A DNA stretch of 64,000 bases, taken from positions 806,001-870,000 of the forward strand of contig NW_026782152.1 of NCBI RefSeq assembly GCF_031769215.1. Reading direction: 5' to 3'. This document shows positions 35,601 through 48,400 of this stretch, piece by piece. Source of the DNA: Ylistrum balloti. Its lineage: Eukaryota. Below the pieces are notes generated by a model, which saw nothing but the letters and a program-made list of their open reading frames with translations, made no database searches and was not told the origin of the DNA. Numbering within the stretch: position 1 is the first letter of the stretch; each line of letters begins with the position of its first letter. Both the position numbers and the translations under genes were made by a program.

Positions 35601-38154
35601 TACTTCAGTGGGATTGCACTAGGAAAGCTAACATGCGTGGCTCCATTTTCTGTAGATACCGGTTTTCACGTGACCTTAGCTTTTGCGAGGACACAAAACC
35701 ACAAACAAGCAAGCAAGCTGATGACCTGGTGACCGGGAGAAATAGTTGAATGGAAAATTCGGTTACCTACTCTATGAAATCAATAAATACCAGAACAACA
35801 GATGTTATGAGTCCTTTGACCTTTCCGAACGCATTGTTTGTCAACGCATATATCTTTCGCCTAAGAAAAGAATTCGATAAGTAAATCATTTTATCCGGTA
35901 CTACCGTGAGCTTGTTAGCATCTACGTAACAGTTTAGTCAAACATTGATTTCATAGAAATATTATATGATGTATTCAACACAATGTGCCTTTTATAATTT
36001 CTAGAAAGAAGTATATGAACTGCATTAGTTATTTTTATACACTCATAATATTAGACGTAGATGTCATTCATTTAGTAATATCCAAAATTTCATTCCTACT
36101 ATGTTTTCCAATACCAGAAATGAATTGTGTTACGTTCTCCGTCTATATCTTGTACAGACATATTTTCCAATGTTTGATTTCACTTACTAACAATGTCCCA
36201 ATGATTTTTTTTGTTTTATCTCTTTCAACAATTTCCAGAGTATCCTTACACGCTTTTAAAATCCGACCTCTCTGCAATTGTGTGTCTATTTTACAATAAT
36301 ATTAGCATGGTTTCCGAATGCACAAATCCATTTCTTGTTCGTGGTTATTTGCAATTTGAACTATATTGCATTTCTCTAGATATTATCAATACTATACAAA
36401 AATCCCCGTTTCTTTGTGTTTTGATATCCTTGTGCATTTCAGAAATATTCATTTGGTGTTTTTGTCAAACACAATATTTCAATAGAATGAAAAGAACGAA
36501 AATCGATTACATACTGGCTTTAATTAGAGTTTCTCCGTTGTCATTGTTGTAGCAGAGAGAAAAAGCTCACTTTTGATATATGACCTCCTGTCTCACCCTT
36601 GTATACAGTAAATTCTATGTTTGATTATCATTCAACCATTTCGCGGAAGAAACACCATTTTTGTAATACTTTCGGTGTTTATGTCTTCCAACCCGTGAAA
36701 AGCTCATATGGAAAATGATTTCAATATTTAGTTTTCATGGTATTATGGAAATCTGTTTCAAATAAACATAACATGCAGTAACGTGCACAGAAATTTCATC
36801 TATTTTAATAATTATGTCAAATATGCTAATATTTTGAATTTAATTTGTCGCAATAAAACACCACATCGAAACTTGCAATAAATTGCCATGTTATGTTACT
36901 GTTGCGAGACAGACGATGCATATATATGATTTTTTCCACAGATAAAACTTTTATTGATCAAAATTATTCGCCATAAAAACCGGTAAAGTATCTAGGGTTT
37001 GTTTGAGTATGGAAGCGTTTGTGAAAAAAGAGTGATTGCAGCAATAAATATCATTTTAAGTGTTACAGATTTGTCGTCATATTTGCAGGGACATGAGATA
37101 TTATTGAGGTTCTGTCAAATATTTGCATGGCTTTATTGTGATCAATGGGGTAAACAGACAACAGTTCAGTGCTTAAAACAACGGAAGTTGATACATTTGT
37201 CATCAAACCATCAATAATCCTCAAATGGATTGAATCTTTTTGTAAAACTTATTGGACTGCATTGACCTTCTGTCTACTCGAGCATGTTTTTATCGTAACA
37301 TTACATATCTTAAAACCCTTTTTGAAACTGTTGAGATTTGTAAAATTCTACATTACCTGATGTTGGTCTTTATAATAGTATATGACGTACCATTTTAATA
37401 TTTTGTGTTAATGTACCAGTTCAAGATTTTTAGCATTTGTCTTCTACCTTTTGCTTTGTTTAATGTTACTTCTTTTTGGATCGCTGTGTGTTTTACCGGT
37501 TGATGGCACTAATGGCCTTTTATGTGTTGACGGGCCATTAAGAATGTCATGATGATAACAATATAATATGTTAAATTGGTCAGTGTGATAAGTCTACGAC
37601 TTGGCTTGAATGAAGATTTGTACAAACGACACATGTAGAAATTTAGAGCTAGATATATATATGTATACATATATACGCCAAATAATTAATTTAATGCATC
37701 AAACAGCTGCGTTGTCCTTCTGATACTCATCAGTGATGGCACAATGGACCTTTGCTATATTATATTTAACACTTGATTTCTTTGCTATAAGATTTTAAGA
37801 GTTTTTACTTTTTAGTTCGAATTTGATGTGTCTTTTCTTGAGCGTCTCTCTGGAGTTCTTCTGGCGCTACATCACTACATGTCGATTGGTATTAAAACCA
37901 AAACAAAAATCAATGTGTATATATAAAATAAATTCTGCACTGGAAATGTTCCAAGTCGTACATAAATTAATGACACTTAAGCATGGTTTTGCCGCCAACA
38001 TTATTGCACGGTAACCGTCACGATATCGGCCGTGAATGATTGTTTCATACGTAGATGAATGCCACCTAAATTCGATTTCATTTCGTTCGGTTTTCCATTG
38101 TTAAACTTCCTTTCAACAACAGACATTTAAAGGTGTCTTCACCGTATATGCAAG

Positions 38155-38155
<1 letters not shown>

Positions 38156-38190
<35 letters not shown>
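38156..38190. repeat. (TG)n microsatellite
   Basis: Directly visible. Confidence 0.97.
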
Positions 38191-38195
<5 letters not shown>

Positions 38196-41100
38196 AGACG
38201 TTTGTGTTGTATTTCTGTTTTACCTATATGCGAGGAGACAGTAAATAATTCATCGTACCAATAGACTAACAGCGAGTTCATCATCCCACGCATGTCATTC
38301 ACATCGGCATACAGGCGTTTCCTTTGAGTACAAAACACTTTCATTGGAAGGTAAAATGATATTCCATATAGAGCACCGATGCCATGCGGTCACGGCCCGA
38401 TGATCAGAAACAGTTCCAGAACCATGAATTTGATTATAATCTTTTGTGCTTTGGTAAATTATATATGATAACGTAGTATATGGGGTATAATTCTCGTTTG
38501 CACTCTTTAACGTAGAACATGAACGTCCCGCCCTTGTATCTATTGTCACATATCTATACCGATTAAATAATGCTAATTTTGACTTTATTAGATTCTATCT
38601 TACATATATAAATACAGATATATTTGACATTGTAACACAATTAACGAAGGAAGACGACTCGTGCTCTGTCCAGACCCCGAACTCGAGATCTACAGCACCC
38701 AATGACCTAACCAAAACTTCCGAACCACCACATCGATATTCCCAAATAGAATGTTTGGAAGTTGTACTGATAGAAAGATGGAAATTATCGACATAATTAA
38801 AGCGGAAAATTGTCTTAATACGTGATATGAACTCCTGGATCGCAAAAATTGATAATACAAATTTACGCAAAAATTGATAAGACAAATTTACCTTTCACAA
38901 GCAAACGTAAGAATGCAACTGTAATAATAAAATAGAAACATCAGTCTCTAAAATTCGAGTTCTTATTTGGTTTTATTCGGCTTAACTTTCTTTACAACAC
39001 CATGGCACAAAATTATGACTTTTGTAAAGACACAAATGGAAAGCATAATTTACTATCACTTTAGATAAGATACAATAGAGCCTAATAATACATTAAACCG
39101 CATCATACAGGTGTTCGCTTTTTTCTTGGATCTAGAACTAATCAGTGAAGTAAATAGTCTGAATGTTAAACCTAAGAGGCAATTACGTTAATCCAACGCG
39201 ATCTAAAGAAATGTCAAAATTTAGAAAGGGAGGTGCACCAATCTTATAATTCAATTTTGTTATTTTCATGTATGAATCAAAACTATCTCGAGAATCTCAC
39301 TCGTTGCCAGTGAAATAAGAACAAATGGAAATTTCGATCATTGTATTTCAGTTGGGTAATACTGAAATCAGCAGAGACAGCGAAACAAAATCATAACTTC
39401 CGACAAATGCTTTTTAATCGCAAGTACATCAGGATAAAGAAAACTGCTAGGATTTTGTCATTAAATGATCTTATGTCGGCCCTGAACATCCAAACAAAAA
39501 ACTGTCAAACCATCAAATAGTCTGACATTTCAGCTTCAGTTTAATATAAGAGGGATGGAATTTTGTTCATGGTTGGATAAAGATTTCAACGACAATGATT
39601 GCAATACCTTTTAGCATGGTAAACATCTCTGAACATGTATACAAACGTTTGCTATAACAGTTGACAGGATCAAACAGAAAATAATAAAGAAGAAAAGGTT
39701 CCAACGTGAATATTTCAAGGACAGAACGGAAGTCGATAAAGACGGGCAACACAAGGAAATCATAGAAGGCCGTTCTCCGGAAGGGTAGGCATGCATTACC
39801 TCCATCCAACACATAGATATGTACTTCAAATGCTTTTATTCATATCACCATGCTTACAGTTCATTAATTGATTTTCGACTGAAAATTTCGAACATACAAA
39901 GCCAAAAAAAATCTCAACTCATGTCATAATGCGCAACTAATTGTTGGAATTCCCTTGCAGGTTTTGAAATCATCAGGTAAATGAAAATTAAGAAGTTTAT
40001 CGAAATAAGAGGTCTTCTGTTTAGGGACATTGGAAAGGTCATGCAGAGGGTCTGCAATATTCTACAGCTTGATCGTAGGAGACAACTAATAGCAAGCTCC
40101 TGCAGAACATTGAAGAGATTGAAAGTACTTCAGAACTCTTTTTTCTTTCATGTCTGTTCGGTGGTAACATCATAATGTCGGCTTCATGTCCTCACTATAT
40201 TGAGGAGTACAAGAACATAATTATTGCAGTCTCATAACAGACGCATTTTCCTTGCATAAAAAGGGGGCGTCCTTACATGCCCAAAGCTGTCGATAGGACG
40301 TTAAACAATATACAATCACATCGAACCTTCATTGTGAAAGTCTTTATATAGGACGATGAATGCTAGGACATGAAAGGACGAAAGAAAAAGACATTCTTCT
40401 TTGTTGGAATTTTTGAAAATACTATATCAAAGTAGTCGCGAATGTCAAAAGGACTCAAGATCTGCATTGTAGTTTGATCATTTTAGTTAACACAACATAC
40501 TCCACTGTTTCTGATTTATGCTTTTTGTGACAAGGTTCTAATAACGTTTTGTAGAATTTTGGAAATTTGCAGGTATTACATTCTGTTGGTGGACTTTTAG
40601 TCGCCGACGTTTGCCGTAACCTGCATGCCACATTATATATAATTGATTCAAATGTGTAATTAACTGTATTCGGAAATGATATCTGGTATATGAACATCAA
40701 TGAAAGTATTGATTTATATGACTAGAGCAACTATAAATTTTGACGGTTTTTTATCACCTTTTCATTGTCTTCTTTCGCCTCGAAGGCTTCAAAATGAATG
40801 ACATAAGCATCAATGACGAGTCCAAGAGGGACGAAATGAAGCAGCTTGATGTTAAATTAATTTTTTGGCTCTACTGTATTCTATTATTTATTTCATTAAA
40901 AGGTGTTCTTAATTTGCCGCTTGTATAACATGGGCACCTAGACACTCAATATTTTCATTCACGACCTGTACATTGTTTTTGGATTCTTGAGGTAGCTATC
41001 TGTGCACCAGGTCATCGGCTATCGTTCCCATAAGGATGTGTTGCACACGCAAAGGTTGGATGTCGCCGGACCAAGTTAATTAATGAATTGATTTCCCTAG

Positions 41101-42299
41101 CTACATACTGCGTCACCTCCATGGATCCTTGTGTTATTAATGACTAGTAATCTACCTCTATTGAACACTCTCTTGAATATAACATCCATAGAAAAAAACG
41201 ACTAGTACAACGCATGCATCAAGTAAAAAGGCTTAACGTGGAACTAATCACATTGATAAAAAAGTCTTTATGGTAACATGGCACGCTAACACACTCTCAA
41301 TCAATTTAGTAGTTTACGCAGAAGCAATTATGCTGGACTATATTTCAAATATGGCAAGCTGTCCAACAAATGACTTCTTCAGACAGACGAAATAAAAACC
41401 ACTTTTGAAGATCACTTAAACATCAGTATTTGTAGACAGAAACAATCTCGAGACGCGTAAGAAGTTTACAGAGACGCGATTGACATATACATTGCAATTA
41501 CGACGGCCTTCAGCTGGTATTGAACATGACACTTTTCTATCAATGTCTAGTGAATGCCTAAGTTATCACCACAATGGTATGCCAAGGACACTAATAAAGA
41601 CGTATACCTTAGTATGGTTTAGACAAATTCTTTGAGTGATTAACTCTAAAACCATTATCACACGCATTTGTCAAATAACCTTTTACATATTTGTTTATTT
41701 TATTCCTTGAAAATTTACCCGTTATTGTTAATACAGTGTAAACATTGTAGTAAATGCCTAAACCAATGACAAGTGTGAACGCGAATATGTTTATGAACGT
41801 TATGACTATTATTGCATAATCACAGCTCAATTTTTCCCCGAAAAAATTCTTTGGCAAGAATACACATATTTCGATTTTAACTTTTAACCTCCAGTGAATG
41901 CATCCATTCATGATGAATTTTACGCATTTTGAAATCAAAACTGGTGAATATTGTTTGTGCTACTGAAAATGACTGCTTTTCAAAAATCGAAAGTGATGAA
42001 CATCGATGTCAATTTTTCGAAAGTGCAACATTGTAACCACAGAAAAATGAAAACGGCTGTTGAAATTAAGTTCAACGTAAAACTTCATTGTGTTAGCGGT
42101 AAACTTACAAACGAGTCATTTACCTATGAATAATACTGTGAACGCGCCTTGACTCTTGGTTGAAAAGTTGAAAAGATTATACAATTCGGCTTCAGTTTCT
42201 AAATAAAACTATTGCCTTAATATCCGCTATTTGTTTTTCTTTTACTGACAAACCTTCTTATGAATGAATGTGGTATGCACCGACTGGTTTTTCCGTTGT

Positions 42300-42510
42300 T
42301 AGGATATTATGACCGGCGGTAGTTTCCTTCTGGTAGACTTCGGCAGTATACTTCAGTACGGTAGCATTATAAAGTCGGCTACAGTTCCGCAATATCACAG
42401 GGAGTCTTACATAAATACATCGCAGCTTTCCAAACCATCGGATCACATGGACTCACCTTGCATACATCGAGAGGCCATCCTTAAATGAAACTAGCGCTTG
42501 ATAATGTCAA
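42300..42510 (+). mobile_element. SINE copy
   Basis: cttcggcagtatacttcagtacggtagcattataaagtcgg motif plus ccttaaatg-type tail; further copies at about 33145, 35600, 47430, 47790 and 54170. Confidence 0.6.
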
Positions 42511-42784
42511 ACCAAACCAAGTAAGGAAATGGTATGCACATGTTCGTTGTAATAATAAGGAAAACTAATTGTGATTCTTACCGGCAATGAAATCGATTGT
42601 TGTTAATATGAAACCTTAATTAATTCAATTGTAAACAAAAAAACCTTAGAAGTATTGTATCATGTCCGGATCATATGGCTGAAATTGAAAGGCGTTCCCA
42701 TGGAAATAGCGAAATTGACAATGCTCTGAAGACTTAGATGAAATATTTTAATTTAGATTGTAGAAAACTTCAATAACGGCGTAA

Positions 42785-43170
42785 AAATCAGTGCCAACAC
42801 TGGATACGAATGGACAAAACACTGTGTGGCACTAGTCAAATCAGGACAAATATTTCACAACGTCAACAATGCAAATCAGTGTCAACACCCGCGTCAACAC
42901 TAACAAGACAAATGATGATCCTCATCATCAACAATGATCACACAAGGACATAGCATTTCACAGTGTCAACACCTGTGTAAATACTCACAAACCAAATGTT
43001 CCAGAGCATTAACACTGAGTACACGTGGGCGAAGCGTATCCCAGTGTCAACACTTGCAAAACATATGATCCACATCAACACTGAGCACACAGGTACAATA
43101 CATATCAGTGTCAACACCTGGGTCAACACTAACAAAACATATATGCATATGTCAACACCTGTGTTAACAC
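42785..43170. repeat. Degenerate minisatellite (about 65-90 bp units) built on gtgtcaacac
   Basis: gtgtcaacac-like motif recurs at about 42790, 42880, 42962, 43043, 43108 and 43150. Confidence 0.7.
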
Positions 43171-43209
43171 GATAATTATTATCATTATCATTATTTCAGT
43201 CTTAACAGC

Positions 43210-44000
43210 CCGTCAACACATAAAAAGGTCATTAGGGCCATCAAGCGGTGAAAACACACAGCGATCCAAAAAGGAAATAACATCAAACAAACTGAAAGAT
43301 GAGAGACAAATGCTACAAAAATTAAATGGTTATATCACAAAAGATTAAAATGGTAAATCATAGTCTATAATATAGACCAACATCTTTCAAATGAACCTAG
43401 AACTTTTTAAATCTCAACAGTTAGACTTGTAAAGTTACGATAAAAAACTCATGAAAAAGTGCGAGGAAAATAAGACTAGGTGTTCCGGCAGAGTAAGCGT
43501 CTTCTGCTTCATCGACGACATCCGCCATGTAAACATTGGTCAATGGCAGTTAGTAATGTTTGAATTAAGATAAAAATTATTTGTATACGAACACAGTTGA
43601 AATCCGCAACTTGTAATATATCAGGATAACGCTTTCATTGATCTATATGGCAAACGGTAACCTTATCGCGTCGCTTCGTAAAATATGTTTGTTGAAAGCC
43701 TGACAATATACCTGTAACAAAAAGACTGTCATGCGGAACTTGTTTTTAATTATTGATGTGGCAGTATATCAGAATATGAATGCTATATATCTGACTTACA
43801 AAGAGACAGATTCTAGTTATTTGTTGAAGGTAATACACACCTAATGAACCTTTTGTCAGTACCTGTAACTGTTTTGAAAAACGTTTTAAAGGAGGCATTA
43901 ATTGTTGACATATTGGGTCATTCGGAACATCAATTATAACTACCACTATCTTGAAATGTGAACACAGGACATACGAGAAAGAGCGAAGACAAGCCATAGG
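43210..44000 (-). mobile_element. Retroposon-derived dispersed repeat (LINE/PLE-type tail)
   Basis: Blocks ccgtcaacacataaaaaggtcattagggccatc and ggtgttccggcagagtaagcgtcttctgcttcatcgacgac recur at about 3290, 17320, 19915, 37500 (inverted), 53660, 55060 (inverted), 58360 and 58645. Family assignment is uncertain. Confidence 0.5.
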
Positions 44001-45199
44001 TAACAATCATTTTGTATATGGTCATGGCTTCGACAGCAAAAATGCTATTGTGATATAAACATCACCTTAACTGTAGGGTGTGGCGATGTACATTGTGCAG
44101 GTGTAAGACGGTTCTTTCACTTTTTGTCGGGTATAATTACTATTCCCCCCTTTTATTTGGCAAATAAACTTTCAATAACCATCTAAAACGGTGTTTTATT
44201 CTAAATAATGAAATAATTATCTTTTAAAAGTTGCAAACTTCCAGCTTAGACAGTTGTATATAGCATTGAAGCAACACTTAATTTGAATAAAATTAAATGT
44301 AACGAGAGTGATTCGTAAAAGTTGCATGAATCCGTTACACAAATTCCGAAATGTCAGTCTTGCTATTCGAATGGATTTGAATGATGCTTCGAAATATATT
44401 TCAGTCACGGCAATTCGGTCTGAAGTTAAATGGCTGAAGCAAGTAAATAGAACATCTGTCTTAATAAACAAGACACAATATCCCTATTAGAGCTTTGTAT
44501 GACATTAACATCAGCCTCGGAAATTCGAGAGAAAAAAAATAGTATACGGAAAGCAGATTCTGGCAAACATAAAATCTATGAGCTAATGTGTTGGTTTCAT
44601 GAATATTTTATTGCAGCAAAAAGCTCCGAATCGGTTGACTGTTAAATATTGTTTCAGAAAGATGCTCGCAGATCATCTCGGTGATAACTATTAGCTTTGC
44701 GAAATCGTCATAAATGGCATAGTTCAGTCAAATACAAAGATATTGATTTCCTGTACTTAGTGGAGATGTAACACACAGCTTCAGACATAAACACCATGTA
44801 GTAGAAACTGTCACTTTAGTCAAAGACCTTACTAGAAATGTGGATTTTCCGTAAAAGCAGCTTCGCGTATGTTTTTCAGATTAAGATAATTGATGTGAAA
44901 ATCACTACTGGAATAATTAAACGCAGATATACAAAATAGAAGCCACTAGTCAATTGATAATTCAGATAGAGTCACTGATCACACTTCATGACAAATATGC
45001 TAAATATATTCGCAGAAACAAAGTATGGTAACGTGAAGGGTTGGCGATATTTTTTTATCAAAGGTTTGATTTATTTTGGTTTTTTATTGCTTAATGTTCT
45101 GTTAAAATAAATCGTCTTTAAAAGACGGTCTCTTCGTATGAACAGGTGAAGGTGTGTTTCGGTAATGGGTATTGTAAGACTCTTCAAAACGTAGTGGGG

Positions 45200-45445
45200 A
45201 ACTGGGGTTGACATTATGATATTACTACATTGAAGCAAACTACCGAGGAATCCAGCAGGACATCACAGCAGAACCAGTCGTTACATTACCAAAAATGCTG
45301 AGTGTAAAGCAGGGATTATCAACTATCATTTTTAAGGATTCTGGTATATCATGAGGAGCGCAAAGAACCAAAATTCTTATTTTGCCGAAAAGGGTTTAAT
45401 GTAAAATCTAGGATTCGAACCCTTTCTGTCAACCGATCGAGCTAA
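45200..45445 (-). mobile_element. SINE with recognisable tRNA-like head
   Basis: Minus strand tagctcgatcggtt (A-box-like) and gggttcgaatcc (B-box), shortened spacing, no cloverleaf; decayed central motif downstream. Confidence 0.55.
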
Positions 45446-48400
45446 AGAGGTGTTCTTTCTAGCCGAACGGTATATTGCTACTATTATTTACCAGAATTAT
45501 ATTAAGATTATCACAATAGCCAGTGCCATAAAAAGGTCAAAAGAGACACCGAGGGTGGACACAGTATAGCACAAAAACAAACAAAAGATGAAATAGAAAA
45601 CAAATCAAGATCCCAAGTGTTGCTGTGGTGGCAAAAGACCGACTTTGGTATCATAAATTTCCTCACATGATGGATGATATTTGAACTAGTGATTGTTTTG
45701 ATTGTTCCGTAAGATATTTCTGCGTCGTAATGATCCCCTATAACTAGACGTATATGATGTCATTTTTGGTGGTTTGCATAGAGCCATAAGAGTTTAAGGT
45801 AATTTTATGAGTGTTGTCATCAATGTTTCAAATTTCTTCGCTTCCGGTCTGTTATGGTTCATGGAATGAATGACTGTTTTCTAACTTATGTTAAACATGT
45901 AAGGAGTTGAAAAGAGAGGACGTGGACAAGTCTTTTGAGATGCAAGAGACCAATATATCCTTCGATATGTTAAAACAGACATGCATTATCTTTTTTTAAA
46001 AAAAGTGCAAAGATGCAAGTCCTTTCGTTGCTTTTGTAGATCGGACCAACCCAGACTATCCAGCATTGCACTGACACTAGACCTGTTACTGAATCTATTA
46101 GTAACAACGCGGGCTGTCTATGCTAAACCATTTCTATCCTATGTTTGTCAGTCTTGATATAGGGGTCCCATGCACTATCGAATACTCCAGAGATGGTCTT
46201 ACTTTGTCAATGTAGGCATGTTTATGGATGTTGAAATTACTTTTAAATTTCTGCCAAGGAAGCTTAGAGTACACAGAATTAGCTTGATTATATTTTTTTT
46301 CCGTATGTATGTATCCTATTTCAAATTGGATTAAATGTTAAGACCTAAATATTCAGCATCATCTACATCTTGGCTCTTCATGTCGTATGTATGTATACTT
46401 GGTAGGAGATTGATTATTACTTAATGACATGACTTACTCGTGTTAGTAAGTATAAAAGACTCCACACTCCTTTAAAACATACAAAATGACACTAACGATC
46501 ATTCATACAAAGGTGAGTGTAGTTTAATTTTGAAAAAAAAACCAGTATAGTTACTCTAGATACATTGACACCTAGACATAAACAAGAATGATCCGATATG
46601 TTTACAAGACATGACAACTTGATGGAATGAAGGTATAAACTATAAACAACAACATCGCCCAGCCTTACCTTTCTCCTCCTCCTACCCCTACTCCTAATAA
46701 CTCCATCACCTTAATTGAATATAAACCTTATTATTAATAAAATAGGCCGCAATGGATATCTTTTCTATTTTAGATATTTATTTTAGAAATGTATTGAGTT
46801 GTTTCCATAAGCGCTGTTGGTGGCCTTTGATGTCTGAAAGCCTCTTACATGCATTTACTTTTTATACCTGTATATATTATACCAAATACGTTTCGCAATG
46901 CTCGGTTCCTGTCAATCAGTAACCGTTGATTTAATTAATTTTCCGATACCCGTTAATACTCTACCATAATCCCACTTGGCTTAAACATGAATACGCAGTA
47001 TGCAACGCCTGGCAAACTTGACAGGGAACAATGTACATCCAATATCATCAAGATTAGATTAATCCGAGATTGACTGAACAAAATCCAAATGTTTTAACGG
47101 AATTGAAGTCTAACTGAACGGAAGACGACGTCGTGTCAGTTTCTCAATCAACAAAATGAATAATAACCAATAACTTATACATTTTGGTCTTCCGCTTTGT
47201 GACTGAATAAGTTCCCTTATCTACCCTACCTTAACAACTGGACAACATGTCAGGTCACATAATATTGACAACGAGCGCACGAAACGTTACATTACTATTA
47301 TACTGAACATTAAGCAGGAAATAGTGACTACACGTCTAAAGACCGTTGGATATGCCTCAGCTTTATCGTAGTACAGCGACTGATTTGCGATATAATGTGA
47401 GCGGTTGTTTAGTCCTGATGGGTGCCTTCGGCAGTATACTTCAGTGTGGCAACACTATAAAATGAGCATATCTGTATTCTGAAAACACAATAAAGACACG
47501 CATTGATTTACACAGCATACATAGGGAAGCCATCTTTAACTGATTTAGATAGGACATTTAGCGATATAGACTGAAAACTAGACAAAGTCCCTTTCACAAA
47601 TCACGTTCGGCCTTTGAGTTGAGTGTCTGTCGTAGGCAAGAAACCATGGCTAAAGCCGAACCATACAAAAGTAATTAAAATGATGCTTTGTACTCCCATC
47701 ACATTCATGGGATGCATACTGACTGGTTAGCTCTTTGTCAGGATTATGTGACCAGTTGAAGCTTCATGTTATCATATTGAGGTTTAAGCACTTCAGTGTG
47801 ATGTCACTTTATATGCTTTCGTCAGGTCATATCGTCAATCTATGGCTATGGCTTTGAGCGCACGTAAAACCCTTGTGTTAGTAGAATATGCAGAAATATG
47901 CTAAGACTACCAAGTGGTCGAATTCTTTTGAACGGCAATATTCCAGCACATGAATCTAAGCATGCAAGGTGGGCTATTCATAAATGTCCCTTATGAATAA
48001 TTGATGCGCGATATCATCTTTTGTTAATGAGGAAGGCAGGAGAGTGTCGTCACGTAATATCACTATGAGTGGTTCTTCAGGGAATAGTAGATATGGAATC
48101 TGAAAAAAGTACTCCTCGTGAAGTGATTAGAAGGTCGAGCTCGGATCGGAAAGGTTGTATTCAAGCACTTACAATTAATACTAAAACATGAAAAGGAAGA
48201 TGTACACAAAGAAATTACACACAGACGAGAAAAATCGTCAAAAAGTTTTTGCACAGGTGATATGTTTTAACTTTTGGTTTTGCTTTAAATTTGCGCGATC
48301 ACTTTCTGTCATATATATTTTGTTTGTAAAAATTTAATCGATAACGGTCACGTTTTGAAATCATAACCTTGCAACCTTTAGATTTGACGCTGCCATTTCT

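Noticed and set aside
35718-35760. CTGATGA-cctgg-tga-ccggg-a-GAAA hammerhead-like string
   Set aside because: Extra base before GAAA, and I could not form stems I/III or find an NUH site.
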